From contig CM102285.1 of the NCBI GenBank assembly GCA_046563655.1, positions 5,146,001 to 5,210,000 of the forward strand: a stretch of DNA of 64,000 bases, written 5' to 3'. The stretch's first letter is position 1. Every line of letters starts with the position of its first letter. The notes beneath the pieces are model-generated. The model was given only the letters and a program-made list of their open reading frames with translations. It searched no databases and was not told where the DNA came from. The position numbers and the translations under genes are program-made. Below, piece after piece: positions 1-12,134 of this stretch. Origin of the DNA: Yuukianura sp. NJ FZ-2021. Taxonomy: Eukaryota.

Positions 1-1303
1 AGCTCCGTTTAGCTGTGGATGAAACTGAGGGTTTCGGAGTTGAATAATGCTCACAAGCTCATGCCTTACCTAACTCTATCATATATTTTCAAAACTAAAG
101 GTGTTTTATCATTAACGAATCTAAGCTTAATGTAGGAGATATCGGAGTTCGAGATTTTGTTATCGACAAATGCTATCCGAGGGGGGTAAACCACTTCAAT
201 TTATCGAAACGTTTTTATAGATCAAAAATATATCAGCCGCAATATTCATAGTCCTGTTTTACGTAATTGAAAACTGTTCAATTTTCCTTTTATATTTTGA
301 GGTTTTCTGGTGTCTGTGCACTATTTTTTACACCCTAACAACACCCCAGATCATAAAAATTCGTGCTGTATGAATTGCATAATTTTTTTTAAATATCGAA
401 AATTGTATTTGCATTCGAATGTTCAAAAGTAATTCGCTGAAAAGTTCTGTACGCTTTCCTTGTTCTAGACAAAAACATCCAGAATAATAAATGGCTTAAC
501 TCGCAAAAATTTTGTTGTATGTTACTACTTTGTTGGTAGTACATCTGAGAAAAAAAATTGACAATAATTGTACCCACGACAAAATTTATTCGAGATTTGA
601 GAAACCGAATTTCGATGAGTGCAGTCTGTATCTTATCGGCTTTGACGGTTATGGCATATTAAGCGCTATACAATGAGGCGCATGAAATTCTGCACATCTC
701 AAAAGTAGCTTTTTGCTTATTCATTTTGTAAAAAATCCGAAATGAAAGCTTTGCATCAGATTCAAAGTTTTCAACGAAAAAGTTACGTCTCCCCCTTCAC
801 ACTTTTAGTTGTTACCAGGAAAACAAATTTCGTGTGTGCAGGTTTTAATGCGCCTCACTACACTTTCAATTATAACTTTACCAAGTTAGATTCACTAAGC
901 TTTTTAACTTTGGTTTTCTAACTTTATAAATTCACTCGCGTCTTCCGTGTTTTATTCTATCACTAATTACATGTCAACGAACTCAATTGACACAAAATCA
1001 GTTTTGCCTTCCAACATGGTTGTAAAATAGACCAATATTTTCGGAAATTTGTAGCCATCAAGAACGTTCCCGAGTCGGGAATCCCGATAGCGTGAGTACG
1101 GGACATAGAAGCGGCGGTATTCTCACTTTACCGGATCGGAGGGGATTGCCTTGCTCTTTTATGTTTATATATTTATTTAAGTACTATCGTTGAATTAAAT
1201 CTGCTTTTAGGTAAATGCAGAGAATCTTCAAAATGCAGCACTTCTCGTCTTGAATCTGTTTTTCCTATAGAGTTGAATTTATTATCGGCGATATTTGCCA
1301 TTG

Positions 1304-1958
1304 TCACATAGAGGTTTCATTGACCTTTGGCCTTTCAAATGGATTTGGACCAAATCCGCCGAATGGTCCTTCAAACAGATCACCACCTGAAAGTCAATGG
1401 TTAGTGGTTTACGAAGGTTCATCAAACGGTTTTGCATTTTTTAGTAGTTTTACCGTTAAGGGGGCCGCCGTACCAAAAAGGATTGTAATAAGACTTCATG
1501 TAGTAGTACTGCAATGGATTAGTAAAACCAATGAAGTGGCGCTGAATCTGGGCTGTAGGAGTATAGAAAGCCCTAGTCATTCCTGTTGCATGCATAGGAT
1601 GTTTCAACGATATCTGTTGGATAATTTAATTAGAATCAAGTCTTATGTTAGAAACTGGCACAAATTCCTTAAATGTTTTCTAAAAATTGGCGAAATTCTT
1701 GAACATTAAATTTTATGGGCATGGTAACTAAATATTTCTGGCACGTTTGGAAATTAGACGCGCGCTTGAAATTAAAGCCACTTTAGTATGGCCAGCATTA
1801 TGTTATGAATCGTGTCTAACGAAGTTTTTTTTTAAATTTGAACGCAAGCTTTAAATACCTTTAAAGGTAATTCGTAATCGTAATTGATAGAGTCTTACCT
1901 GTGTGCTCATGAGTAGTAACGCTGCAGCCGTTGTCCCGAATCTGATTAATAGACTCAT
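1304..1958 (-). CDS. Small predicted secreted Tyr/Gly/Pro/Phe-rich peptide, 3 exons (1958-1899, 1613-1454, 1386-1304), 100 aa
   Basis: The ATG at 1958 gives a hydrophobic leader MSLLIRFGTTAAALLLMSTQ. GTAAGA and GTAAAA donors and CAG acceptors are in matching phase (0, 1), with a CACTAAC branch point in intron 2. Total length is 303 nt, and a minus-strand AATAAA lies at 1278-1283. Confidence 0.65.
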
Positions 1959-2636
1959 AATTTCGGTATTAGAAATGTTTATAGCAAAGGCCTGAAACGC
2001 TACAACTTTAAACTATCCACTAGTCAAAAGACGCGTATGTTTTCAAATTCACCGACCTGCTTTGAATGCTGAACCCTTCTCTTTCGACAAATTTAGAAAT
2101 AGGAAATAAATGCCGTTATCAAAACAGCTTACAGGTAATGTTGACATATTTCCTCCCACTCGTAGCTTACTTTCACATTCTTCCATTGTTAATTAAGTCT
2201 GAAAGCTACTTTATGCAATGACCTTGTCTGTCTGGCCGCTCATCATTCTAAATTATTATTTCGGAAGCAGCTCTAAATCGTGATTCAACTATTTCCAGCT
2301 CAAATACAAGGTCAACCGATCTGCAACCCCCGGTAACGTGTAAAATAGAAACAAAATTGAATAGAAATATTGAATGGAAACATGCACGTCATGTCATTAT
2401 GGATTTAGAATTTTTTCCTTAATTTTTATCTGCTTTCTAAAAGTGGTCGCATGCAGTAGTTGTTTTGGTATAAACAAAAATCAGTTTTAATTAACAAATG
2501 TCACAAAAATTTTCTGATATAGGTTATTCGTTTGGCTTTTTGTTATGGAGAATATTGGAAATCAATTCTAGTAGTTTTTTTTAAATTCTTAGCATAAAGG
2601 CGTAATGCCGAACGGAATATGCTAGATAGTTCAACT

Positions 2637-3991
2637 TCAAGCCAAAGTTTGAACGGCGTCAAATATAGAACGATTCCTTTTGTTTGACATGAGCAGTAAG
2701 TTCGTTGTTAGATGAACAGTATTGTTGAAAGTTACGAGAACAATTGCATTTTCAAAAGTAAAGAGAGCGCCGGAGGTGCAACGAATCCTTGGACAAGAAC
2801 GATGAAATGCTTTAAGCCACATCTGATCTTTCACGGATTTAGTATGCCATTGACAAGCACCTTCCCAAACTTCCAACAGTTCTCGGCTCTCTTCATTGAC
2901 TTTTCCCGCCATTGCGAGTGGCGTCATGGCTTCAAATGAGCAGCGCATTGCACAGGCTGGAAACAGCAAATAGGCTTGAATAGGCAAGTACCATAGCTTC
3001 AGCGTTGCAAAAAGTGTTAAGGAAATCATGCCGAGCAGAAACATTGGAAAAGTTGTCAAATACAACTGAAAAGTTTGGTTTAAATGACCGTTTATGACTT
3101 GACACATTCTGTAGTGTGCAGAATCGTCGAAGCCATTTTTAGCTTCGGTTGCGAATCCAATTTTCGTTCTGCACTGAAATTTTGATTTGGCAAAGTTCAA
3201 CTCCCGCCGGAGCCAAGCCAGGCCCAGAAAAACAATCAGCCAATGGAAAGCAAACAGAAACAGTTTCAAAGTTAGCAAATAAGTTTCGATAAAGAAAAAT
3301 GGAATTTTGGCGGCAAAGCCTTCTGCGTCTTCACTTGCGGATCGGCAAGGAAACACCATACTGGAAACAAAGTGTGGCGTACATGGTACCTCGATCATTC
3401 CAAGGCCATGTGCTTTTAAAAAAAAATCACCATTTCCAAAATTTGCAAAAGTTCAAAAATTTCAAATTTGTTTTTCAAACCTGGGCCATTAATAAAGAGC
3501 ATCAGACCACCAAATATACTACAGGCTGAGACAATCTGATCTGGTTGCCTTGTTCCTCCTAAAAGTTTGTTCAAATTGCTCTCTTAAAACTGGAGAACTT
3601 TGATTTTTTTTCTTCAAAATTTTTACCAACCTTGTTGTTTCTTGATATAGTTGCAAAGTGAGTTTACAAAGGTTATGATTTGGTGTCCAGTGATGTGGAA
3701 CTGTGCGTAACAAGCAACTGTTAGGCAGTGTGCAACAATCCAAATAATGTGAAGAACTCGTTGACGATGAGCCATGAGATTCCATTCTGGAGTGGTCAAT
3801 AGACGGTAAACGGAAAAGCCCGCCATAAGATGTGCGAAAGCGCAGTGAATTTTAAATGTAATTTGATGATTCCTGGAAGGTGGCTTGACCTCAAATTTCA
3901 TCGGATCCCAAGCAAACGGATAAAATTTGAAAATGTTACAACCAGCGAATAGGACGCTACTAAAAACACTTATTGCCTTAGTCGTCAACAT
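2637..3991 (-). CDS. Gustatory/odorant receptor-like 7TM chemoreceptor, copy A, 3 exons (3991-3631, 3558-3481, 3412-2637), 404 aa
   Basis: Two phase-1 GT-AG introns join the ORFs into 1215 nt. There are multiple hydrophobic segments and a GR-superfamily-like C-terminal TM7 (NNTVHLTTNLLLM). A paralog with the same exon structure lies at 6972-12201. Confidence 0.8.
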
Positions 3992-5637
3992 ATCGCTGCA
4001 TCAGAGTTTCAAACGCTTCTGAGATTTAAATGAAATTCCAAATTTCAATTTATACTGAAAAGCAGTTAACAGATGAAACGTTGGAATTGCTAAAATCCGA
4101 CCAGTAACGCTCTTTTTTGCAGTTAATATTTCATAATGGACACAAGGTCAAAAACAACATTGTCGTTATATGCTTGATTGGATTTGAACCAGTGTCGTGA
4201 AGGTTTTAATAGCTTTATTACTTCAATAAAATGGTTAACTTTTCATTGATCTTATTTTTCTACTACTTATAATTGCTCTTGATATACCAATGCTTGTTGA
4301 AAGTCAAAAATTGATTGAAATAGTCAATTGTTAGAAACATGTTCAAAACATAGGAAACAAACTTTATTCGTTTTAATTGGGTTGTTCAAAAGTTAGAACT
4401 TTTTTGAAACTAATTTGACCAAAAGCTATGCCAAAACACGACCATCCAACAAAGCCAGTTTTGATTCCTAAACGTTGAGAATAATACAGCTCAATTTAGA
4501 ACAAAAAATGGTTTGACAAGAAAATTTTAATTAGAAAACTTCAATTTCTTTTACTCACCCCTTCTATACAGTAGAACCTTCCAACAATGGTGGAATTGAG
4601 GAAACCAACAGACTTGTGAGGACTTCGCGAGAAATAAATTATGGTCGCACTGCGCATGCGCTGTTTTTCCGTAGCTTAAGTTTCTTTCGGCTTCACTTTA
4701 TTAAAAAAAGAAAACAAAAAACAACTCGGTTGAATGATGTTGTTGAACATGTTTACTACTCACATATTTTATATTGTTTACTCCCAACTTGCTGTTGTGG
4801 ACCCTCCATATCGACGCCAAAATCAAATGTTCAAAATCATTTTTGTTATTGTTTCTATGGTTGACGTTTTGCATGCTTTGCAGTATCGAAAAATCCGATA
4901 GTTAGTAACTAGAAAGTTAAAAGGTGGGATGGGGTTTTCAAAAGACAATATTTTGGAATTTTTCAATTTAAGGAAAATACATTTTAGGGAATATTTTAGC
5001 CTACGAGTGGCTCTTTCCAGAAGTATACTGCAGAAAGCTAAAAGGTGTGATTGTTTTAAATAAGAATATTTTGGAATACAATTAAAGCATGTAAATTTCT
5101 TCTTGCAATTAATTTTTATAAAAAGTTTTAACGAAACTTTTACAAAATTAGCTTAGAACTCTCCTCATGATTTCAAAAATAAACAAATTGTTTATGCTGA
5201 AAGTATTCAGTTTTTAGTGACACGCTGTATAGTCGAATCCTAAAGCAACCACCGCTTTACCGTAAAGATTTATGCCATTTCAAGGTAGAAAGAAATTGAA
5301 ATCGAGATTAAGACGTCTTCAGCATAATGTCCAAGTTGCTTTTAATTTTGAAACACCAAAGGAGGCAGCAGAAAATTGTTAGTTTTCTCAAAAATTTTCG
5401 GCATTTTCAAAGACATTAATTCGGTAAGGTCCATCAAGTCATATTGTCGTATTTGTTATGATAGTAATAAAACCTAATAGTAATGATAGTACTGCACTCA
5501 ATACTGCACACAAAGAATTACAGTGTTTAGATGTATAGGTTGCAAAACCCCAAAAATTTTCTCAAAATTTCATTTTTCTACCAAAGGTTCCAAAAATAAA
5601 ATAAAATTTTATAAAATAAATACAGGCCTGAACGACC

Positions 5638-6751
5638 CACGTTATGGCCAATGGATTATTTTTTGGCCAAACTTTTTTTTTCGGAGATTTTGGTCGTTTT
5701 ATATTCAAAACACCTACTGGTGACCCAAATTACCGAAAAAAAATTAAGTAGGCTTGAAATTTTGAAAAAAACCGAAAAAACCGAAATTCGATTATTTCGG
5801 TGTTTCTGTAACTTTTATTCGGTTTTCTCAATTGGAAAGTATAGATTAGTGTAAAAAATGCCTAAATTCAGAATTTCAGCATAATCGGGTGAATAATGGC
5901 GGAGTTACAGCCAAAAAACCGAATTTCGGGCTCAATTTTGAGGAGCTCTCCCGGGAGTTCCAAAGGGATATTCGAAGTATGTAAGGTGGCGTTGGAAAGG
6001 TATTCCCTTGGGCTACAAATTATCCCTTACGACTTTTTCGAATATAGCTTTGGAAATTGAGATATGTCGCCCGAAATAAAAGCGACAATTCATGGAGGGA
6101 GCTTTGCTCCAAAAGCTATAGCTGACATATTTATAATTGGTTTTAAGCATCGCATTGGGTGAAATTGTGCTAAAATTATGTTACTATACGTTATACAAGT
6201 ATAAGTTAATATAAAAGTAGTAATTGAACAAGTTGGTTCAATTATTTCGGCTTTATTTTGTTTACGATTTTCTTTCGGTAGTATTAATCCCCCCATGAAT
6301 TGTCGCTTTTATTTCGGGCGACATATCTCAATTTCCAAAGGTATATTCGAAAAAGTCGTAAGAGATAATTTGTAGCCCAAGGGACTACCTTTCCAACGCC
6401 ACCTTACATACTTCGAATATCCCTTTGGAACTCCCGGGAAAGCTCCTCAAAGTTGAGCCCGAAATTCGGTTTTTTGGCTGTAACTCCGCCATTATTCACC
6501 CGGTTAAGCTGAAATTCGGAATTTAGGCATTTTTTACACTAATCTATACTTTCCAATTGAGAAAACCGAATAAAAGTTACAGAAACACCGAAATATCCGA
6601 ATTTCGGTTTTTTCGGTTTTTTTCAAAATTTCAAGCCTAATTAATTTTTTTTTCGGTAATTTGGGTCACCAGTAGGTGTTTTGAATATAAAACGACCAAA
6701 ATCTCCGAAAAAAAAAGTTTGGCCAAAAAATAATCCATTGGCCATAACGTG
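5638..6751. mobile_element. Foldback/MITE-like element with long inverted arms (about 5638-6100 and 6288-6751) and a ~190-bp spacer
   Basis: CACGTTATGGCCAATGG at 5638 is the reverse complement of CCATTGGCCATAACGTG ending at 6751, and near-identity continues for about 460 bp. It has no coding capacity and no TSD was identified. Confidence 0.8.
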
Positions 6752-8317
6752 CGACCGAAGAGTAAAACCTGTGAACCCGTGAGGATCCTCGGTTGATTGT
6801 CAAAAAGACGTAAATTCAAAATACAAAAGGAAACGCCATTAGATTTAGCAATGGCTTTAAAATATTGAAAATCAAAAGAAAATTCGTCCAACACCGAACC
6901 ACTGTTTAATCAATACTACAAACTTTTTTTTAAATTCTAAACATCATTTTTCATTTTCCAAGGTGACATTTTCAAGTTAAATTTGAAACAGCGTCAGATA
7001 CAGAGCGATTCCCTTTGTTTGACATGAGCAGTAGATTCATTGTCAGTTGTACAGTGTTGTTCAAAGTACACAACACAATTGAATTTTCAAAAGTGTACAA
7101 GCTCCCTGCCGTACAGACAATTCTCGGACACGAACGACGGAATGCCTTCAACCACCCGATTTTCCCCTTCTTTTCAGCTTCCTTGTCCAGTCGTCGTCCC
7201 CACTGCTGCAGAACAATCATGCTCTCCTCGTTTACTTTACCAGCCATTGCAAGTGGCGTGAAGGCTTCAAAAAAGCAGCGCATTCCGCATGCAGGAAAAA
7301 GCAAATACGCATGGATTGGAATGTACCACAGTTTGATTGTTGCAAAAAGCAGAAGTGAAATGAGCCCAAGTAGAAACGATGGAAACCATTCCAAGTACAA
7401 CCCGAAAGCTTCGTTTAGTAGAATATTAATGCGCTGACATGTTCTGTAGTGCGCAAATGTCTGTTCCAGGCTGGTCCACTTAGGGTATGGATTCCCGCTG
7501 TGGTTCAAAGGAGTCATGCGCGTCTTTTCCAATTCCCGCCGAATCCAAGCTAAACCAAGAAAAACAAAAGCCCAATTGAATGCAAACAGAAATAAAACGA
7601 TCGTCACGAGGTAAGACTCAAGAAGAAAAAACGGAATTTTGGCGAGAATTCCCTCGACGTCGTCTGCTGGATGGAGACATGGAAAAGCAAGGCTAAACAC
7701 AAAATGAGCTGTACATGGGACTTCAATCATGCCAGTTCCGTGAGCTGTGTATTAAAACAAAATAATATGTCAATTAATATACAAATTAAGATGCTCAACC
7801 AAGGAGTTCTAAAATTTTGAAAAGTTTTAGTGTAACCTGGCCCATTGATGAAAATCATCAAGCCGCCAAAAATTGCACATCCAGAAACATAATCCATTTT
7901 TATCGTTTCTCCTAAAAAGATAACAAAGTTGAAGTTGCGTACAAGAAACACGATGGAAAATTTTTAGTACGAAATTAAAAAAAGGATGAAGTTTTGCGAA
8001 ATCGGAAACTGATTTTGTTTTACCCCGATGTTTCAAAATGTAAGCCCAGAAGGAATTTATGAAGTTCATAATTTCCGAACGCATTTGCTGAAATTGCAAA
8101 TAGCAAACAATTGCCAGGAAATGAGCAATGGTCCACAGGAGATGGAGAACGCGTTGACGATCAGGCGTGTCTTCCCATCGTGAAGCCGTGACGAGCCGAA
8201 AAACGCTAAAAACGCACATCACATGTTCAAAAACGCGATGAAAATTGAAGATGTTCAAATGCGACTGAGAAGCGGGAAGAAGTTTGAAATTTTGGGCATC
8301 CCAAATGTAAGGGAAAA

Positions 8318-11300
8318 GGCTACCGTAGTTCGCTTATGGGGCAGACGGGACCCGTACGATTCGGCTGAAAATTTAACCAGGCGCTCTCCAGACCTATAGG
8401 ACCAACTTTTGTACAGGGTGCAGATGGGGCGTCAAACGGTTTGACCTCCAGGGGTCACCAAAGGTCAAGGGGTCATCCTATGACAACCCCCCTTAAGTAA
8501 GGTATCGTTGGAAAGCCCTTCACCTCCTGATTCAGAAAATGTATGGGTATTAATACTTTGGTCCAGCCGTTTACCCGTAAGAGGTCACCGAAGGTCAACT
8601 ATGAAAAAAGTTGCAAAGTACCAACAAATGAAAATCGTTTCATGACAACCGGCAAAATCGTCGATACAAAAGTTATTCCACTCAAAAAGATAAGCAACTT
8701 TTTCCTTTACCATTTTTCTCTGCGGTCAACAGCTGATGAGATATGGACTCAAGCTATAAACAGATTTCTATGAAAAAGTTGCAAAGTACAAAACCTGAAA
8801 TGATTCTATGATAATCGGCAAAACCACCTATACAAAAGTTGTTCTACTCGAAAAGATAAGAAACTTTTCCCTCTGGCACTTTTGTTCACGTTGAGTGGTT
8901 CTAGAATTATAGGTTATCGGGTAGTTGTACACGCACGATATGTCAGCTTATTCAATGTGGCATTGTTGCCGCCCCAGAACTAGACGCCTGCTCGACATCG
9001 TCCCTATTTGTGTTTAAGCGATGGGCTGAATCCAAGAACATTTTTAGTGGAGCTGATGGAAATTGTAGCGTGGTATCGTATCTACCAGACCCCAGGTACC
9101 ATAACACTGATGCAACATGTGCGCAGCATCCGACAGTCCTTGCACCAGAACGACACTTGCAGTACCAACCTTGGATTGGAAATGCGTTTGGTTCTGTACT
9201 GAAAGATATCCAGAGTTTGTGTTTTACACTATTTGAAAATCTTGAGTAAGTTCGCGCCCGTAGGACACCTGGCTCTTCCAGGTTCATCTCGAACTTATAT
9301 TCCGCTTCTTTTCTCAATTTCTCCTGTACATATGACCGAGACAACTTGAGTTGATACACTCCAAGTGTAATGTCCGAGAGGTCTTCTTCGCTCAATATCG
9401 GAAACTCAGGTAACGATTCCGAGGTCATTGGCAGCCAGTCAGAGGACGCCTTTCTTTCCCAACCGCATTGCTCAACACGGGCTTTGAGCAAGTTGTCTTC
9501 TTGCGATTTTTCCAATATCCGTCTGGCAAACTCTATAGTTGCCGATGTCATCATTATTGGAGGAGAATAGGCGTTTATAATTGCGCAGGTAATGCGAAAA
9601 TATTCGCCTATGTATGGAACGTTGTCGGAATGCAACGTTTCCCTTAGAAGTTTGCATTTTTTCTTTACATGTCCATTTCTTGCTTCAACAATCCATCTGC
9701 ACTTTGTGACAAGACGTGACTCATTGGCTTCGGCCGTATCATGCTGCTTCCTTCCCTTTGCCAAATAATGAGGCATGCAGCATTTAATACCAATGGAAGT
9801 AAGGAATTCCTGACAATCCCTGTAACCCCTGTCTACCAGGCAAATGTCGCCGTCTTTGAGCCACTGCTTGAGGCCATCCGCAGAGCGTTGAAGTTCATTC
9901 CTCAAGCATGCTGCATCATTGTTTCGCCCATCCGCAAAATATGGCCCTTGAACGTCCAAAATATAGCCGTCGGGGGCTACAAGCATTATAGGCTTTACCA
10001 GGTGTCTGTTCTTTTGCATGGAATAACTCATTTTAAGAAAAGTATAATTTGAGGACTTTGGAATATATACATATGTTCCATCTATTGTTACAATTGCCAC
10101 TTTTTCTTTCGGGTTATTTGCTTCGTCGTGATTATAAAGTGCGTTTGAGAAGTCGGTAACATGCTTTTGTATGTAGGCCTCTCTTGTAATAGCTGATAAA
10201 CCTAGATGTTTTGGAACAAAATTCATCATAAGATGTCTTTTCACCTTCTGGATTAACTGTGACACATAAGCACGACTTGATTCTCGAAACATAACTTGCA
10301 GGAATTCATCCGAAACACCATGGCGCATTTTGACAAGAAACATGAGAAGATTCTTTTTTGATATTTGGGCGTTGTCGTACCTTTCTGCCACCGCAAAGGT
10401 TTCTGAAAAGTTTGCTTTGCTTAGGCCACATAGCGTATATAACTCCGAATCCGGAATGGAGTCCACGTTACCGTAAGGATTATTAGTTTGATCATTGATT
10501 TTTTTTCGAAACTTGTACAGAAATGAAGACACCTCTTCCGGGGGGATATAGATTTTTCGTCGGATGTAGCTAAGGCCAGATAAGAGACTTTCAAGTATTT
10601 CATTTGCAGAGTTTAGGTGCGACTTACAGCAGTAAGCGCGATCTGGAATAAACAAGTCCGAGGCTATAAAAGCATTAAGTCTTTGAGACCTTAGCAGACG
10701 AACAGTGTCATCTGTTCCGCTGCAAATTATGCAGCCCAATCCCAACGGCATGACAACAACGTTCATGGTTATACCATCGTTGTCTTTTTGGAGTTCTTTA
10801 TTTATTCTTTTGATGCAATTGAGGCATATCCGGTCATCATCTCGCAAGATTCTTGGCACCTTTGTAAACGTCAGACGATGAGCTTTCGCAATTTCACGTT
10901 TGGTATCATTTGCGGGACCAGATAGTGAAACAAACACCATGAAGTTGCCTCCACAAACATAGCACTTCTGCTGGGAGTCTAGTTTTTGTTTTTTGGCTCT
11001 TCGACTTCCGCCAGAAGTGGACGGCTCAGCTCTTGCCCCTTCCGGGTCAAGATTCGCTTCAGCGGACGTCAACGTCTGATTTGCTTCTTGCGTTGAAGCA
11101 TCCAAGTCAGGGGTCCATTCCATGTCCTGGCTCCCCTCCAGCGGGTTCACGGCACTGCCTCTGGCTCGGGTCCGCACCAACTCATGGGTGCCCCCCTCAT
11201 GCCGCTCCCCCGCTGGAGGTTCTGCTCGTCCACCTGCCGGGTCGCCGGAGAGCCTTCGCCGCAGACGTCGGGGGGTGGCGCCCCTACGGTCAGCTCGTCC

Positions 11301-12134
11301 GGCGGCATGCGCATCCCCGCATGCTGGGTCCGGGTCGTCATCAGAAGGTCGAGGGTGGGTCTGGGACGGCAACATTGCCTCACCCCCGCCCCCCTCCAAG
11401 GTAAGGGTTGTTGTAGGGGGTTTCGGCTTTCGCCTCACGGGGGTGGACCCCTTCCCCTACCCTTACCTCATCATCGGGGAGACACGCCCGGAATATTTTC
11501 ACCAGGCTTGTGTGATTTCGTCAATGATGTTCCTGAGTATTATATGACTGAAACCATTGAACGCAAAGAAAATTGCCAGAGGGAAAAGTTTCTTATCTTT
11601 TCGAGTAGAACAACTTTTGTATAGGTGGTTTTGCCGATTATCATAGAATCATTTCAGGTTTTGTACTTTGCAACTTTTTCATAGAAATCTGTTTATAGCT
11701 TGAGTCCATATCTCATCAGCTGTTGACCGCAGAGAAAAATGGTAAAGGAAAAAGTTGCTTATCTTTTTGAGTGGAATAACTTTTGTATCGACGATTTTGC
11801 CGGTTGTCATGAAACGATTTTCATTTGTTGGTACTTTGCAACTTTTTTCATAGTTGACCTTCGGTGACCTCTTACGGGTAAACGGCTGGACCAAAGTATT
11901 AATACCCATACATTTTCTGAATCAGGAGGTGAAGGGCTTTCCAACGATACCTTACTTAAGGGGGGTTGTCATAGGATGACCCCTTGACCTTTGGTGACCC
12001 CTGGAGGTCAAACCGTTTGACGCCCCATCTGCACCCTGTACAAAAGTTGGTCCTATAGGTCTGGAGAGCGCCTGGTTAAATTTTCAGCCGAATCGTACGG
12101 GTCCCGTCTGCCCCATAAGCGAACTACGGTAGCC
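8318..12134 (-). mobile_element. Autonomous-looking PIF/Harbinger-ISL2EU-Spy (PHIS) group DNA transposon, 3817 bp, 561-bp TIRs (8318-8878, 11574-12134), no TSD
   Basis: Termini are GGCTACCGTAGTTCG...CGAACTACGGTAGCC and the TIRs look identical by eye. Flanks are AAAA and TTTT, and there is a single long transposase ORF inside. Confidence 0.9.
8952..11438 (-). CDS. DDE transposase (DDE_Tnp_4-like) with N-terminal Cys clusters and a C-terminal SWIM-like zinc finger
   Basis: Uninterrupted 828-codon ORF with IDGTYVYI, GRNND, VDRGYRD and RWIVEARNG catalytic-type motifs and a C-terminal CKCRSGARTVGCCAH. The ORF track start is GTG, so the true start may be a downstream ATG. Confidence 0.88.
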   Translation of the reverse strand: MRRKPKPPTTTLTLEGGGGEAMLPSQTHPRPSDDDPDPACGDAHAAGRADRRGATPRRLRRRLSGDPAGGRAEPPAGERHEGGTHELVRTRARGSAVNPLEGSQDMEWTPDLDASTQEANQTLTSAEANLDPEGARAEPSTSGGSRRAKKQKLDSQQKCYVCGGNFMVFVSLSGPANDTKREIAKAHRLTFTKVPRILRDDDRICLNCIKRINKELQKDNDGITMNVVVMPLGLGCIICSGTDDTVRLLRSQRLNAFIASDLFIPDRAYCCKSHLNSANEILESLLSGLSYIRRKIYIPPEEVSSFLYKFRKKINDQTNNPYGNVDSIPDSELYTLCGLSKANFSETFAVAERYDNAQISKKNLLMFLVKMRHGVSDEFLQVMFRESSRAYVSQLIQKVKRHLMMNFVPKHLGLSAITREAYIQKHVTDFSNALYNHDEANNPKEKVAIVTIDGTYVYIPKSSNYTFLKMSYSMQKNRHLVKPIMLVAPDGYILDVQGPYFADGRNNDAACLRNELQRSADGLKQWLKDGDICLVDRGYRDCQEFLTSIGIKCCMPHYLAKGRKQHDTAEANESRLVTKCRWIVEARNGHVKKKCKLLRETLHSDNVPYIGEYFRITCAIINAYSPPIMMTSATIEFARRILEKSQEDNLLKARVEQCGWERKASSDWLPMTSESLPEFPILSEEDLSDITLGVYQLKLSRSYVQEKLRKEAEYKFEMNLEEPGVLRARTYSRFSNSVKHKLWISFSTEPNAFPIQGWYCKCRSGARTVGCCAHVASVLWYLGSGRYDTTLQFPSAPLKMFLDSAHRLNTNRDDVEQASSSGAATMPH

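Noticed and set aside
5521..6904. CAGTG...CACTG as outer termini of the foldback element
   Set aside because: Only a short, weak inverted match, and neither a TA nor an 8-bp TSD is present on both sides.
8543..8773. 76-aa ORF duplicated at 11679-11909
   Set aside because: A by-product of the identical TIRs, with no coding signal.
11033..11624. Several overlapping plus-strand ORFs
   Set aside because: Explained by high GC content and scarcity of stop codons, opposite the transposase ORF.
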